This document shows positions 13,215 through 25,953 of a stretch of 64,000 nt of DNA, in pieces. The DNA lies in NCBI RefSeq assembly GCF_036365525.1, contig NC_090382.1, positions 27,314,219-27,378,218 on the forward strand, written 5' to 3'. The translations under genes and the position numbers were made by a program. Origin of the DNA: Heterodontus francisci. Lineage: Eukaryota. Within the stretch, counting starts at the first letter, position 1. Each line of letters starts with the position of its first letter. The notes under the pieces are model-generated. The model ran no database searches and was not told the origin of the DNA. It worked only from the letters and a program-made list of their open reading frames with translations.

Positions 13215-13515
13215 AAATGTATATCATATTGTATGGGATATTTACTATGTATATTGTATGGGATATATATCATATTGTATGGGATATTTATGACGTATAA
13301 TGTATGGGATGTATATCATATTGTCTGGTATATTTATTATGTATATTGTATGGGATGTATATCATTAATATGGTATGGAATGTACATCCTGCATATTGTA
13401 TGTAATACATATTATGTAAATGCAATGGGTGTATATAATGCATATGGTGTGGAATGTGTATCCTGCATTTTGTATGTAATGTATATTATGGATATTGTAT
13501 GGGATGCCTATTATG
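13215..13515. repeat. Degenerate AT-rich minisatellite (~23-bp unit, tatatcatattgtatgggat-like)
   Basis: Repeated tattgtatggga blocks are visible directly. Confidence 0.8.
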
Positions 13516-13519
13516 ACTG

Positions 13520-13966
13520 TAGCAGCTATGTTTCAGTTGGTAGCTCTCTTGCCTCTGAGTTAGAGGGTGAGGCGAGGAGAGTGATCAGCTCCCACTTCAG
13601 AGACTTGAGCACAAAACCTAGTCAGGCACTCCAATGCAGTACTGAGGGAGTGCTGCATTGTCTTTCAGATGAGATGTTAAACTGAGGCCCTGTCTGACCT
13701 TTCGGGTGGACATAAAATATCCCATGGTACTGTTTCAAACAAGAGCAGGGAAGTTTTCCTTGGTGATCGAGGAAATATTTATTCCTCAACTGAAATTACA
13801 AAAACAGATGATCTGGGCATTATTACATTGCTGTATGTGAGATCTTGCTGTGCACAGATTGATGGCTGCATCTCCCTACATTACAACAGTGAGTACACTT
13901 TGAAAGTTGCCTGTAAAATGCTTTAGGGCATCTGAGTTTGTGAAAAGTGCTATATAAACATTCTTT
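13520..13966 (+). mobile_element. Deu-SINE (SacSINE1-like), near full length
   Basis: tRNA-like head, tgcagtactgagggagtgctgca, Deu core and gctatataaa tail. Confidence 0.75.
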
Positions 13967-14271
13967 CGTTTACTCACTTTGATTTTGTGGAACCTTGCTG
14001 TGCAAACAAGTCAATCTTCAAAATAGTAGAAGTCCCTGGAAGTCTTCTCTGGTGTAAATGCCTGCCCTCACACAAGGCCAGAGCCACTGACCCAAATTCC
14101 AGGTCGGAGGACTCTTACATAGCAGGAGACGGCTGCTGCAGTCTGCACTGATCTTCCCTTCTAATGCAAAACAGAATCTTTATGGAGCAAAATGCGCCAA
14201 AGGAAAATACCTTTTTTACAACTTTTTAACTCCCACTGGAACTACAGAAAAGATCATTGATCCCCTCTCTT

Positions 14272-14645
14272 ACGAACAAATGAATTAGGAGTGGGAGTAG
14301 GCCACTCGGTCCCTCGAGCCTGCTCCACCATTCAATATGATCATGGCTGATCTGATTGTAACCTGAACACATTCCCACCAACCCCCGATAACTTTTCACC
14401 CCTTTGCTTATCAAGAATCTATCTACATCTGCCTTAAAAATATTCAAAGACTCTGCTTCCACCGCCTTTTGTGGACAAGAGTTCCAAAGACTCACCACCC
14501 TCTGAGAGAAAACATTTCTCGTCTCTGTCCTAAATGGGTGACTCCTTATTTTTAAACAGTGACCCCTAGTTCTAGATTCTCCACAAGGGAAACATTCTTT
14601 CCACATCCACTCTGTCAAGACCCCCTCAGAATCTAACATATTTCT
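14272..14645 (-). mobile_element. CR1 LINE 3' fragment
   Basis: ORF 14226-14639 (ESRTRGHCLKIR...FSQRVVSLWNS) plus the 3' UTR. Confidence 0.88.
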
Positions 14646-14829
14646 TCAGGATCAATTACCTTACTCTAGCGAAGATCTGGGACCTATTAAAGGGACTCAC
14701 ACCAAGTCGTAATTGGCATAACTTCCTCTCAGACCTTTCAAGGGCATTGAAGGAGAAATGTCCTTTGGAAACCCAGGAACTCTTTACAAAATTGCCCCTT
14801 GATGGGGTGGGAGGGAAGGCTGACATGAA

Positions 14830-15570
14830 TGCCAGTTTTCACACAGCAAGCTCCCACAAACAGCAATGTATTAATGATGAGAATCTGTTTTATTGAGGTT
14901 GGTTGAGAGATAAACATTGACCAGGACACCAGGTGGCACTCCCCTGCTCTTTTTCAAATAGTGGCAGAGGATCTTTTACATCCACCTGAGTTGTCTGATG
15001 GTTGGCATTTAACATTTTCTTTTTATCCTTTCATGGGATGTGGGTGTCACTGGCAAGGCCAGCATTTGTTGCCCATCCCTAATTGCCCTTGAACAACTGA
15101 GTTGTTTGTTAGGCCACTTCAGAGGGCAGTCAAGAGTCAACCACATTGCTGTGGGTCTGGAGTTACATGTAGGCCAGGCTGGGTAAGGACAGCAAATTTC
15201 CTTCCCAAAAGGGCATTAGTGAATCAGATGGGTTTTTGCAACAATGGTTTCATGGTGCCAGTACTGAGACTAGCATTCAATTCCAGATCTTCTTTAATAA
15301 TTATTTGAATTTAAATTCCTCCATCTGCTGTCGTGAGATTTGAGCCTATGTCCCCAGGACATTAGCCTGGGCCTCTGGATTATTAGTCCAATGACATTAC
15401 CACTACACCAGCATCTATTTCATCCAAAAGACAACACCTCAGACTGTGCAACACTCTCCCAGTAGTGCACTGGAGTGCCAGTCTAGATGATATGCTCAAG
15501 TCCCTAGAGTGGGATATGAAACCACAGACTTCCATCTCAGAAGTGAGAGTGCGACCACTGAGCCCAGCAG
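14830..15570 (-). mobile_element. Deu-SINE split by a tRNA-headed SINE insertion
   Basis: Deu core at 14830-15015 and head half at 15415-15570 flank the SINE at 15022-15412. Confidence 0.65.
15022..15412 (-). mobile_element. tRNA-headed SINE, short internal-deletion derivative of the LINE at 54268-58893
   Basis: Shares the head and body with 58580-58893 and the terminal ~65 nt tail with 54270-54340. Confidence 0.8.
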
Positions 15571-17200
15571 TGATGATGAAAGCCATTAACAAATCTCCAG
15601 GGAACCCTGTAGTAGAACTTAGATGCTGCCTCCTGCTTTGAGACTGCCACAGAATGGCTAAACATTCATTAGGATCAACTCTCTAAATGGATGAACCAAA
15701 GAAAAAGAGACAGATTTCCTTAACCCACTGTGTGCTGATAGTTACTCTCTCCAAGGCAACACTAGCCCTGCCTGGACGCATTTTGCATGACTTCCAAAAT
15801 AATGTTGAGCATGAATAAGAAGGAACAAGTTGTCCGTTGAACAGTATAAGATGCTGCTCTCTGGAAAGAACAGGCCATCCTGCCTCAACGTAATCCAAAT
15901 GTATCCAAAATTTAGATTGTTCAGAATACCTGAATTTTCAACCCAATCAGACGTATTCAGCTTTTTATATTTTGGTGCTCTGTCTCTGCTTGGATACTTA
16001 GTTGGGTTGTGACTGAGTGGCTAAGGGCTTGTGATGGTCACAATGGCTAGAATAAATGATGATGCTGCTTTATTCTGCTTTCTTCAGAGCAGAAAATGAT
16101 CATGCAGTTACAATTCCAGAATTAAAGAATAAAGAATTAATTTCAACAATACCTCTAGCAAATGCATGAGATATGTTAAAATTTAAAGCCAGTGTCTGGT
16201 TCTACTCTACCTCTGTAACCCATCCAGTGTTATGTTCTCTTTCATGCCCTCTGGTCTTCTTGCTTCATGTGCATCTCTGTTCCACCACTGAGGGTACAGC
16301 CTTCAGCTGCCTTATGCCCATTCTCTGAAATGTCTTCCCTAAATGCGCTCAGCTTTCTTCCTTTCGACCCACCCTAAAACGTCTTCTCAAAATACACCTT
16401 TAACCAAAAATCCAGTCTTCTCTTGACTCCCACATGGGCTTTACATCTGCTTCTTTCCTGCCCCTCCACAAAGCACCTTGGGATTATTTTTCTATGTTAG
16501 TCACAGGCTTTTTATGATATTTCACTTCAGAAATAGTCACACAACTTAAAGAGATATTTAAAATATCTGTCTAAATAAATAAGTATATCAGAACATAAAT
16601 CATTAATGTCCAATGATGTTAATATGATTTTACTCAGTATAATGTAACCTTTTTTAAAAGGCACCTGTACAGGGAGGCTGCTAATAAGAACTGATCAGGC
16701 AAAAGGAACCTCAAAATTACATTCAGGATACAGATATACTGGAAGATTAATTGTCCAGGTTGTTTTCCACACAGTCTGAATTTTGAATGATGTTTAATTG
16801 ATTATTCTCCAGTCAACACACAGCTGTTTAAGCACAGTTAATTTCTTCAGCATATGTTAGCTTATCTTCTTTGAATGAATTGAACTCAATTATTTATCTA
16901 TTAAATCATTATGTTAAAATAGCACAGATGGGGTCTTGAAAATGTGTTAAAAGGCGTTCAGTAAAAATATTGCCCATGATTAAAGAAAATTTAATCCAAT
17001 ACTACAATGACATCTTGAATTTTAATAATGTGAGTGATTTATTTATTTTCTTTCATTTGACTTTATTCAAATAAAAAGGGGGAAATAAATACACATTTAT
17101 GACAATATTTGAACTACTTCAATTCAAATACAAACAACATTAGCAATCAAATTTGCAAATTATAGATTCATTGTCACTCTAATATATGCTTGTGCCTTAC

Positions 17201-17262
17201 CTGATATTGGAACAGATTTCCACGCACAAATTCTCACATTCAAACAGTTGACCCAATTTAAG
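17201..17262 (-). other. slc34a1: Putative non-coding exon 1 of slc34a1
   Basis: Strong donor CAG|GTAAGG at 17201/17200, about 90 nt downstream of a TATA box. SLC34A1 has a short non-coding first exon. The TSS is inferred. Confidence 0.55.
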
Positions 17263-17285
17263 AAGAAAGAATTTCAACACTTGTT

Positions 17286-17396
17286 TTTTATACTCAGAAC
17301 AAGAGAGCAAAGTCTGCTCCGCCAAACTCACAGAGCGTGCACCTGCAATAACTAATCACTGCTTAAGAAGCTGGACATTCTTAATTAATGATCAAC
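17286..17396 (-). promoter_or_regulatory. Putative slc34a1 core promoter: TATA box and HNF1-like site
   Basis: TATAAAA at 17292-17286 (minus strand). GTTGATCATTAAT at 17396-17384 differs at two positions from the HNF1 consensus GTTAATNATTAAC. Confidence 0.5.
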
Positions 17397-18159
17397 TTTT
17401 GATAGAGAAAGTGCTGACACTGAAGGACCTGGAATTTTGTATTCAACTAAATCACAGTTCAGACATGAATAATGCAACTTGTCTAATTCGGTAACGTCGC
17501 CTAGATGGGCAGAAGCAACATGACGTATTTGGTTGTTACTGAGGAAAAGTTTGTTAGCTGACAATTGGAACACACACAGGGGATATTTAACTCTCCGTAG
17601 TTTGTGGGAAAGGAAGAGAGGCAGTTAAAATGGAGTGGTTCCACTTCCTGATTCATTCCCAGTTTAGCACTGTTGGTTTTGACAGTGAATAAGCACAAAT
17701 TAGGGTCCCATAACTTACAGGGGAGTCAGTTGACATTTTAACCCGCTCATAAATTGGCCTTACAGCATTAAGTCAACATCAAGCTCTCTCAGGTATAGCA
17801 CAGCAAACGTTCCTTCCACTCTGTCCCAACAATGTGCCTCAGCCCAAGAATAACACCCCTTCTTGCACTGGAGGGACCTTTCCCAACAACAGTCATTGTG
17901 TGGCCTTCCTGAGTGAGTCCAAATCCATTATCTTGGTCATATTAGCAGGTAGACAGGCAGAGGAGGTTTTTGACCCTATCAGTCTTAAACTCCAATCAAT
18001 CTTGTGTTTTACATCGGTTTATATATTGGTAATTACATCAATTGTCTGTTGTAAATTTGGCAGAAGAACTGTACACACTCTGAAAGTCCTTTGCCATGGT
18101 ATTTGGAGGAGCGTGTAGAGTCCTTACCCCATGCACACATAGACGTAGATGTCATTATA

Positions 18160-20765
18160 GACAGCAATTTTACAAATTTTCAGTGGAAAGGATTGTTGGC
18201 TAGGACACCATGGGCTAACAATTGTTTTGTGCTGTTATTTGGGCATGGGGTAGTGATTCGCAATCTGCCCGCATCCCTTGAGATGGAAATGGGCAGCACG
18301 CAAATTTGGTGCTGCCATCCCATTTACCTCATTGTAGCGTAGGACCAAGTGACTGCCTCTGCAGTCAGCAGAGCTGAACAGTGTTTGCTGACAGCATGTG
18401 GTGCAACCAGCCTTCTGTTCTTCAAGACAATCTGTCCCTGCTATAAGAAAGCTGCACTGCAGGACAGGAGGCTGCTGCTGAATACTATTGCTGCACAGGG
18501 TGGAGAGAGGACTCCAGGGTCATGGATGCAGCACTGGAAGCATTAATGGTGGAGGAGGAAAGGAGGAGGGATACCATGGTTTCACAGGGTGCCAGGAAGT
18601 CCTCCTGGACAAACCTCAGAAGGGACTGGGAGCAGGTGGCCATAGTGGCCAGTTCCAGTCATCTAGACTCGAGGACCTGGCAGCAGTGCAAAGTGAAGTC
18701 CAATGATCTCACGTAGATGGTCACTGTCTGTGAATACATCTTCACATGACATCTCCTACCCACCACAGCACCAACCCCTCACACTGCTCAACGCAGCACA
18801 CCTCCATTACTCAGCCATCAGCTGGCAGTCAAGACTCAGGCCCTAACATCCAGATATGCCACCTCATCCTCACACATTTACCAATGCTGCCAACCTCACA
18901 TTGATCTCAAACAACCTAAACATACCTCCAGAAATTCAGCTACACCAGGTACATCACCCAAACACAGTGCAACACAATCATTGACATTCTGCCCTCCCTC
19001 ATGCAGGGCAAGGTGATACACAATAGAAGGCAGCAAAGCAGAGCTTGTGGGATCAAGGGCACCTGCATCTCCTGAGCCCTGTGGAGAGATGTGACAAGGC
19101 CTGTGGTATCTGGTGTGGCTGAGAAAATTCAGCATGATGATTTGTTTCTGCCTTCTGCCCTTTCTCAACTCCCAGTTGGCCCTCATCCTGCTATCTGTCA
19201 TGATAAGCAAGCCGCTGATGGTGTGACTCTGAACCTGTATGGCACTGCACTTCCCTCAATCTAACCTTTCCCTCCAGATTTTCTGTTTTCAGACACCCAA
19301 GAACTGATACCTGACCTAGGAGGAGGAGAGAAAGCAAAAACACATCACTGATAAAAAGAGATTTCACACTTGCAGCCATATCAGATTCTGGCACTGCATG
19401 TACCTTAAAGGCTAGTATAGACTTGTGATCAGTATGTGGTGAGTCACCAGGCATGAGTGGGCGGCAGCAAGACTGGGATAATGGATGGCTAATGTGCCAG
19501 CTCACAAGAGGGTGAAGTTGCAGATAAGTTCTGCTAGAGGGAACTCAGATGAGGACCTCGATGGGGCGGCATAAAACAGAATGCTGAGAAAAATACACAC
19601 AGAGGTTCTGGGTGTGTTGGCTGGCCTGTCAGACAGACTCCTGCCACTGTCAAGGAGCATGGAAGAGCCAGGCACCAACTTGGCAGAGAGTATTATGCAG
19701 AACTTGCCCTCTCTGCAGCCTCTGCTTCAACTCTCTGTTGTGCTGTACCCAAAGGCACTGCCACTGCAGCCCCCATACCTGCTGCAGCCTTTGTGTGGAT
19801 AGGTCAACTAATCCTATACCCTCCCTGTGAGGATGCAGCAATACTCCATGGGGAGGCAGTAGCATAGTGGTATTGTCACTGGACTAGTAACCCAGAGACC
19901 CAGGGTATTGCTCTGGGGACATGGATTCAAATCCCACCACAGCAGAAGGTGGAATTTGAATTCAATTAATAAATCTGGAATTAAAAAAAAAGCTAGTCTA
20001 ATGATGGCCATGAAACCATTGTCGATTGTTGTAAAAACCCATCTGGTTCACTAATGTCCATTAGGGAAGGAAATTTGCTGTCCTTACCTGGTCTGGCCTA
20101 CACGTGACTCCAGACCCACAGCAATGTGGTTGACTCTTACATGCTCTCCGAAATGGCCTAGCAAGCCACTCAGTTGTATCTAACCATTACAAAGTCAATA
20201 GCACTGTGGGTGTACCTACCGCACATGGACTGCAGCAGTTCAAGAAGGCAGCTCACCACCACCTTCTCAAGGGCAATAAGGGATGGGCAATAAATGCTGG
20301 CCTGGCCAGCAATGCCCACATCCCATGAATGAATTTTAAAAAAACACTCCCTGTTAAATCGAGGAACACCTCCAAAAAACTCCAGAGAACCTTCAGACAC
20401 TTTGCAATAGCAAGACTTCTTCAAAATCGCCTTAACTGCAAGTTGGCTGCCTGGCCCTTTAAGTAATGTTCGTGCAAGGTCCAACTTGAAGCTGAACACT
20501 TTTTCTTTTGTGAGAGACGTGTGAATTTGTTGCATAGATCTGCGGAGTGTAAATTTGGTAAATGGGCATCAAACAGTTAGGCTGTGTGATGTCTTGAAAA
20601 GATGCATTCGATTGCTTTCTGCACTCATAGGGGACCCTATGTGAGTGCCATCCTTTAGATGATGCTCAATGTGGCAGAAATGGCTGGTGGCGTAGTGCAC
20701 ACCCCAACAGTGGGTTCAGCTTTAATAGTGCCACTCCCAGCGGTGCTACTAATCCAAATTTCCCA
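18160..20765 (+). mobile_element. PIF/Harbinger-derived element with a decayed Myb/SANT ORF
   Basis: ORF 18522-18716 (DAALEALM.E.ERRRD...WEQVA......RTWQQCK.K.NDLT) is a Myb/SANT-like domain typical of the Harbinger accessory gene. 19540-19640 resembles 52910-53000. Ends are approximate. Confidence 0.7.
19850..20342 (+). mobile_element. tRNA-headed SINE, longer internal-deletion derivative of the LINE at 54268-58893
   Basis: A box (TAGCATAGTGG) and B box (GATTCAAATCC), a shared body and a ~140 nt LINE 3' tail. TSD AA(T/C)ACTCC at 19840-19847 and 20343-20350. Confidence 0.85.
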
Positions 20766-21994
20766 TGATCCTTTACCCTCAACTTGAATAAGACCTTGAT
20801 TTAATGTTTCATCCCAAAGGTGGTAAACTTTGAAATGTTGCATTCCTTCAGTGCTGCATTCAAGAGGGCTTGATAGGCTGAATGGTCTCCTTTGGTGCTG
20901 AATGATTCGATGATGAAACCAAGTCTTGAAAAAATTAAAGAAAATTTCAGCATCAGACAGAATGAAGCAGAGGCAAATGGTGTCGATGGTCAGAAAGTGG
21001 CCTTAACAATAGACTAGATATTAGCTTTGAAGCTCAGCTGAGAGTCAAACAGGATGTTGAGGTTGACAGCTTGCAGATTCGATCTGAGTTAACAGCTGGG
21101 TGCAGACTGAATCTAATCCCCAGATGTCACATTACTTGTAGGATTTAATAAAGATCTTCCTGTCCCTTTTATACATTGAGTTAGTCGAGGACATGATGTC
21201 GGATGGGATGCTAGCTGTGATGAAATCATGAAAGGAAGGAGTTGAGTGTCATCAGTTTATATATGGAGGCTGACTCCATGTTTGTGAATAAAGTTTTGAG
21301 GGACAGTGAACAGATGACTAAATGAACCAAAGATGCAGCCTGGAGATGACCGAATACAGGCATGGGAAAAGATGAACAGGCTGTGATAGGACAGGTATAG
21401 GATGGAACCAGGAGAGGGTAGAGTCAAAGGTGGTTAACGGAAAAATATGGTAGAGGAGGAAGGAATGTATCAGTAGCTGAAAGGAAGCCAGAAAGGGCTA
21501 TGCCATGGTTGCAACCACACCAAATATTATTTGTGAATTTGATCAGATAATCTCTGTGTGCTGAAAAAAGAGGAGACAAGACTTGAAAGACTCAAACAGA
21601 GTGAGCATGGACCAAGATGATGACTTGGGTTGAGTTTGGTGGAAAAGAACTAGTGAAAGGTCAATTGAGGGCTGATGGAGAGCAACCAACATTTGAATTG
21701 GTCTTCCAGGTAACACTATGAAGAAATAACCTTACATTCCTGAAAGGTACTGTTGGATGATATAATGGAGGAAATGTAGGTTTTTCTTTTCCCTAGATGG
21801 CTGAGGCAAGATTGGCTGTCTAGCATTCTTCATTTGCATTTCTTTCAAGATCACGTGATATGATTCATTGGGCTAAAGATTTGTCACCTGGGCATTAAAC
21901 TTGGTTTGTGCATTGGCCACCCATTATAGAAATTGCCTCATTTTAATTCCTATTACCTCTGTCATAAAAATTTTGGGTTAAAGTCCCATTGCAG

Positions 21995-22645
21995 AAGAGC
22001 ACCTAATCCAAGTTGACACTTCAGTGTAGTATTGAGGGAGCACTGCATTGTCAGAGGTGTTGTTCTTCAGATGAGATGCTAAACTGAGGCTGTGTCCACC
22101 CTTTCATGTGGATGTATAAGATCCCAAACAGGATGTTCAGTGAAGAGAATGGTAGATCTTCCCAGTATCTAGGTCATTATTTATCCCTCAACCAACATAA
22201 CTGAAACAGAGGACTGAATTTTAACTTAAAAAACAGGAACATTTGGGACAGATGGGGAAGTTTAAGTATCAAAAATCTGTTTCCACACCCAAAACCCGCC
22301 TCCAACCTGCTCATTTCTGGCTTTAACTGAGGTTAGAAGGTGGGCAGACAACCAACCCGATCCAAGCAATTAAAACTCCATATCGTATGGGAGATTTCCT
22401 GAATATTGGGTTCTCTCCCAGTCTTCTGACTGATCCGGTCGCTATTGGCCAGGTCACTGAAAATTCTGGCCAGACAATCTGGTCATTATCACATTGCTGT
22501 TTGTGGGACATTGCTGTACACAAATTCACTTCTATATTTCCTGCATTACAATAGTGACTGTACTTCAAAATTACTTCATTGGCTATAAAGCACTTTGGGA
22601 CTTCCTCAGGTACTAAAAAGCTTTACATAAATTCAAGCTTTTCTT
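21995..22645 (+). mobile_element. Deu-SINE with an internal MITE-like insertion (~22210-22471)
   Basis: The Deu core is interrupted between aaacaga and caatctggtcattatc by a segment with ggactgaatttt...aaaattctggcc termini. Confidence 0.6.
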
Positions 22646-23399
22646 TTTAATGATCTACGGTCTGTATAGAATCCACAAACAATGCATGAGTATAAACTCT
22701 CCTAATTAAACCATTAAAAATGCAAACTCTTCTCATTGCATCACCTCTGAGGTAGGCTGTGACATCAATTAGCATTAATTATGCCAATTACACATTAGAG
22801 GATGGGTAGTGTGCTGGGTTGTAGCACAGCATGAAGCTAAAAGCCATTCAAATTAGAGAGTTTGGAAGGTTATAAATGATCTTAGTTGGTCAGCTGTCCT
22901 TTTCCCCCTAATTTAGCAGTTTATTCATATGAAAGTGCTCATTGAAAGCATCCTGACTTTATCCGTCCACCATTGGTGCGTTCAGCTGCCAAGGTCCTAA
23001 GCTCTGGAATTTCCTGCCTAAACCATTCTATCTCTCTCTCCTTCTTTAAGATGCTCCTTGGAACCTATCTCTTTGTCTACATTTTTGATTACCTGTCCAA
23101 ATATCTACTTATTTGTCTGGGCTGGATTTTATGCAGTTGAAGTGGGTGCTGACTCTGGGCCAGAAAGGTGAGGGGAACACTGCCTCGAGTGTTTTGGGGA
23201 CCCCTGGCTGCATTTTACATTGCACAGATAATTAACTGTCCAGTGCTGGGGTCCCCATCCCTTTAAGGACGGGGATCCAGACTCCAAGAGCTGCTAGCCA
23301 GCCAGAGGTCTGGCAGCTCAGTAGCCCCAGCAGTGCCACTGGGAGCAATGGCCAATGCTGGTACTGCAATAGGCCTGGGACCAGGAGCAGTGCTGGAGA

Positions 23400-24905
23400 C
23401 CTTCATGTATAATATGGCAATATGTAGATCCCATTTTGTTTCATGACACTTTACAATCAATGATTTGATGGTGCGTACCATTTTCTCTGCTAGGCCATTC
23501 AAGCTAGGGTAATGCAGTGAAGAAGTGATATGGTTTACACCTCATCTCCTGCATATGTCTTAGAATGGCTTGGCAATTTATTGCGAACCATTGTTCGATA
23601 ATATCTCCTCTGGGAGACTAAACAAGCTGAAAATTGCACTAATGGTATTGGCAACTGATGCGCTCGAAGTGTCCCTTAATTGGCTTATTACCGGAAATTT
23701 AGAGTAGTAATCGGTGATCAACAAGTAATCATCACCTTTGATTGAGAAGAGATTGGTGACTGTTCTTGACCAAGGAGTGGCTCTTTGTGCTGGTATGGTT
23801 GGTGCTGCTGGCATCACATAACTTTATCACTCACTCAATGCCACTGTTGATACCCAGCTCGTTGACAGTCTCACACGCAAGTATTCTAGACTTCTCAACA
23901 CCCATATGGCCATTATGTACCTGTGAGACAATGTCAGGGTGAAGCGTCTGCTGAATTATCACTTGCCTGCCTTTGAAGATAACACCGCTAGAAATGCCCA
24001 ACTCATCCCCATATGACCAGAAAATTCTGAGCTCCGCAGGAACCACTTGTCTGTTGTCAAGCTATCCTCTAACAATGATTTGCCATAGAGTATTCAAGAC
24101 TGGGTATTTTGAGGTTTCTTTCCATAATTCTTCATGCTTCTTCTGCCCGAAATGCATCAAATCTGTCGGATATGCATCCTCTATCTTGCTGTCAACCTCT
24201 TCAACCTGGATGTCTAGTGGAACATCTTCTCACTTTCTGGGATTAGGTAGTCTGATTAAAGTGTCAGAGGTCACCATGAGAATCCCTGGCTTGTATTTGA
24301 CTTCATAGCCATATCCTTGCACTTTTATCAACAACCTTTGCAGCCAAGGAGATGCATTTGTGAGCAGCTTTTGCCAGATCATTGCTAATGGCTATGATCT
24401 GTTTCAACTACAAAGTGTTTCCGGAAGAGATAACTGTGAAACCTTGTGATTATGAACACCAGTGCTAGTGTTTGTCCTTTCTATATTAGAATAATTGGCC
24501 TGTGTGTGGGATAAGCTTTTTGAACTGAAAGTGATTGGACATCTGTCCTGCAACAAGCATGCTCCCAGGTCATTTTGTGAGGCATCTACTTCAAGAATGG
24601 TATCCTTGTTGGAATCATAGTGTTGCAAACATACATCCATTGAAAATGACTGCTTCAACAAATCGAGTGCATGCTGGTGTCCCTCGTGTCATAGAAATGG
24701 TGTTTCCTTTCTGAGGAGTTCCCGCAGAATTAAAGATTTGTTGGAGAAATTTGAAATGTAAGGAGCGAAGAAATTGAAGAGCCTGAGACACCTTTGCAAG
24801 TCTTCTTTGTCTTGTGGGATTGGCATGGGCTGAATATCCTCTACCTTTCTGGTATCCAGTCTAATGTCTGTGTCTGAATAAATAGAGCCAAAGAAGTTAA
24901 TGTGT
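23400..24905 (-). mobile_element. Ty3/Gypsy pol remnant (RT connection, RNase H, integrase), no LTRs seen
   Basis: LEVDASQNDLGACLLQ...YSNIER (RNase H), HNGHMGVEKS (integrase Zn finger), YLLITDYYSKF, LSNNGSQ and NGLAEKMVRTIK (integrase core). Confidence 0.88.
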
Positions 24906-25953
24906 CTGTGGAGAGAGAAGCAGAGTTAATGTTTCAGGTCTTTGACCTTTTATCAGAACTGCCAGATAACACAAAAGATGAAATGAGACTGCGGAGAAGA
25001 ACAGCTTTAAGATAAGGTGAGGTGGTGCTTCTGTTTGCTGTGGCTTGTTCAGTTCTCTGGGTAACTGACAATTGAATTAAAAATAATTATCTGCCACGTA
25101 TTTAAATTCAAGCTAAGAAATTTCATTTCTTTGTGGGAAGAATATGATCAGCTTGATCAGAAGTTGGGGCAGAATTCGTAACTGTCAGGTACCTGGTCCA
25201 TTTGTTCAGCAGTGGTAAATTCTGATGGAGGGGTGGTCAGACACCCTCCTAAGCCATGATCTCAGTTTGGGATGGGGTGGGGTGTGTCTGGATGGCATTT
25301 GAAGGCCCTCAGAATCCTGCTCAGATATGCCAGATAAGGCCCAGTAGTACTGTCACTTCCAGGAAGCATATCTTTTACATTTGTTGGAGGTTAGTTTGTT
25401 TCGTGCCCTCAAAATGATAATTCGAAAAGCAATTTGTATCAACCATGCGATATTTGCATCAAATTAAACTTGGTACAGGGATCTGAACTGCAGCTGTGTA
25501 TTTAGAACTTCTTATATACAGTGTACTGGCTTTAAAGTGGTAGCCACTGACTAAAAATAGACAAAACATCTTGTGGGCCTGTTGAGTTGGGGATAGAACT
25601 TCCACCTGCTACTTTGGCCCTGCCATAAAGCCATCCTAAATCCTAGGAATGGGATCATTATCATAATGGGGGTGTCCGTCCATGCACAACAAGGACTCCC
25701 ATCCAGTGGAGAAGTCAGAATCCTGGAGTGGCACCCTGCCTCTCAAACAGAAGGAGCCATTGGCCGGTCACAACAAGTAAATAAAGAACGGGGTTGCCTA
25801 CGTTCACTCTCTATGGGTGGCAGTACTGTTAGGTCTTACAGTGGTGCGGCTGTTAGGATTGGTAAGGGGCAGTCCAGGAATACAGACATGACATGCTCTA
25901 ATCCCAAAATGTGGTCATGGCACAGGAGGGTGGACAGAAATGAGTGTTCTTTC

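Noticed and set aside
12888-13685. 265-aa plus-strand ORF
   Set aside because: It is a composite of the antisense strand of slc34a1 exon 2, a low-complexity minisatellite (the Y/I/M/C-rich part) and a Deu-SINE head.
19850-19940. tRNA gene
   Set aside because: The A/B boxes continue into a SINE body and LINE tail bounded by a TSD, with no terminator after the head.
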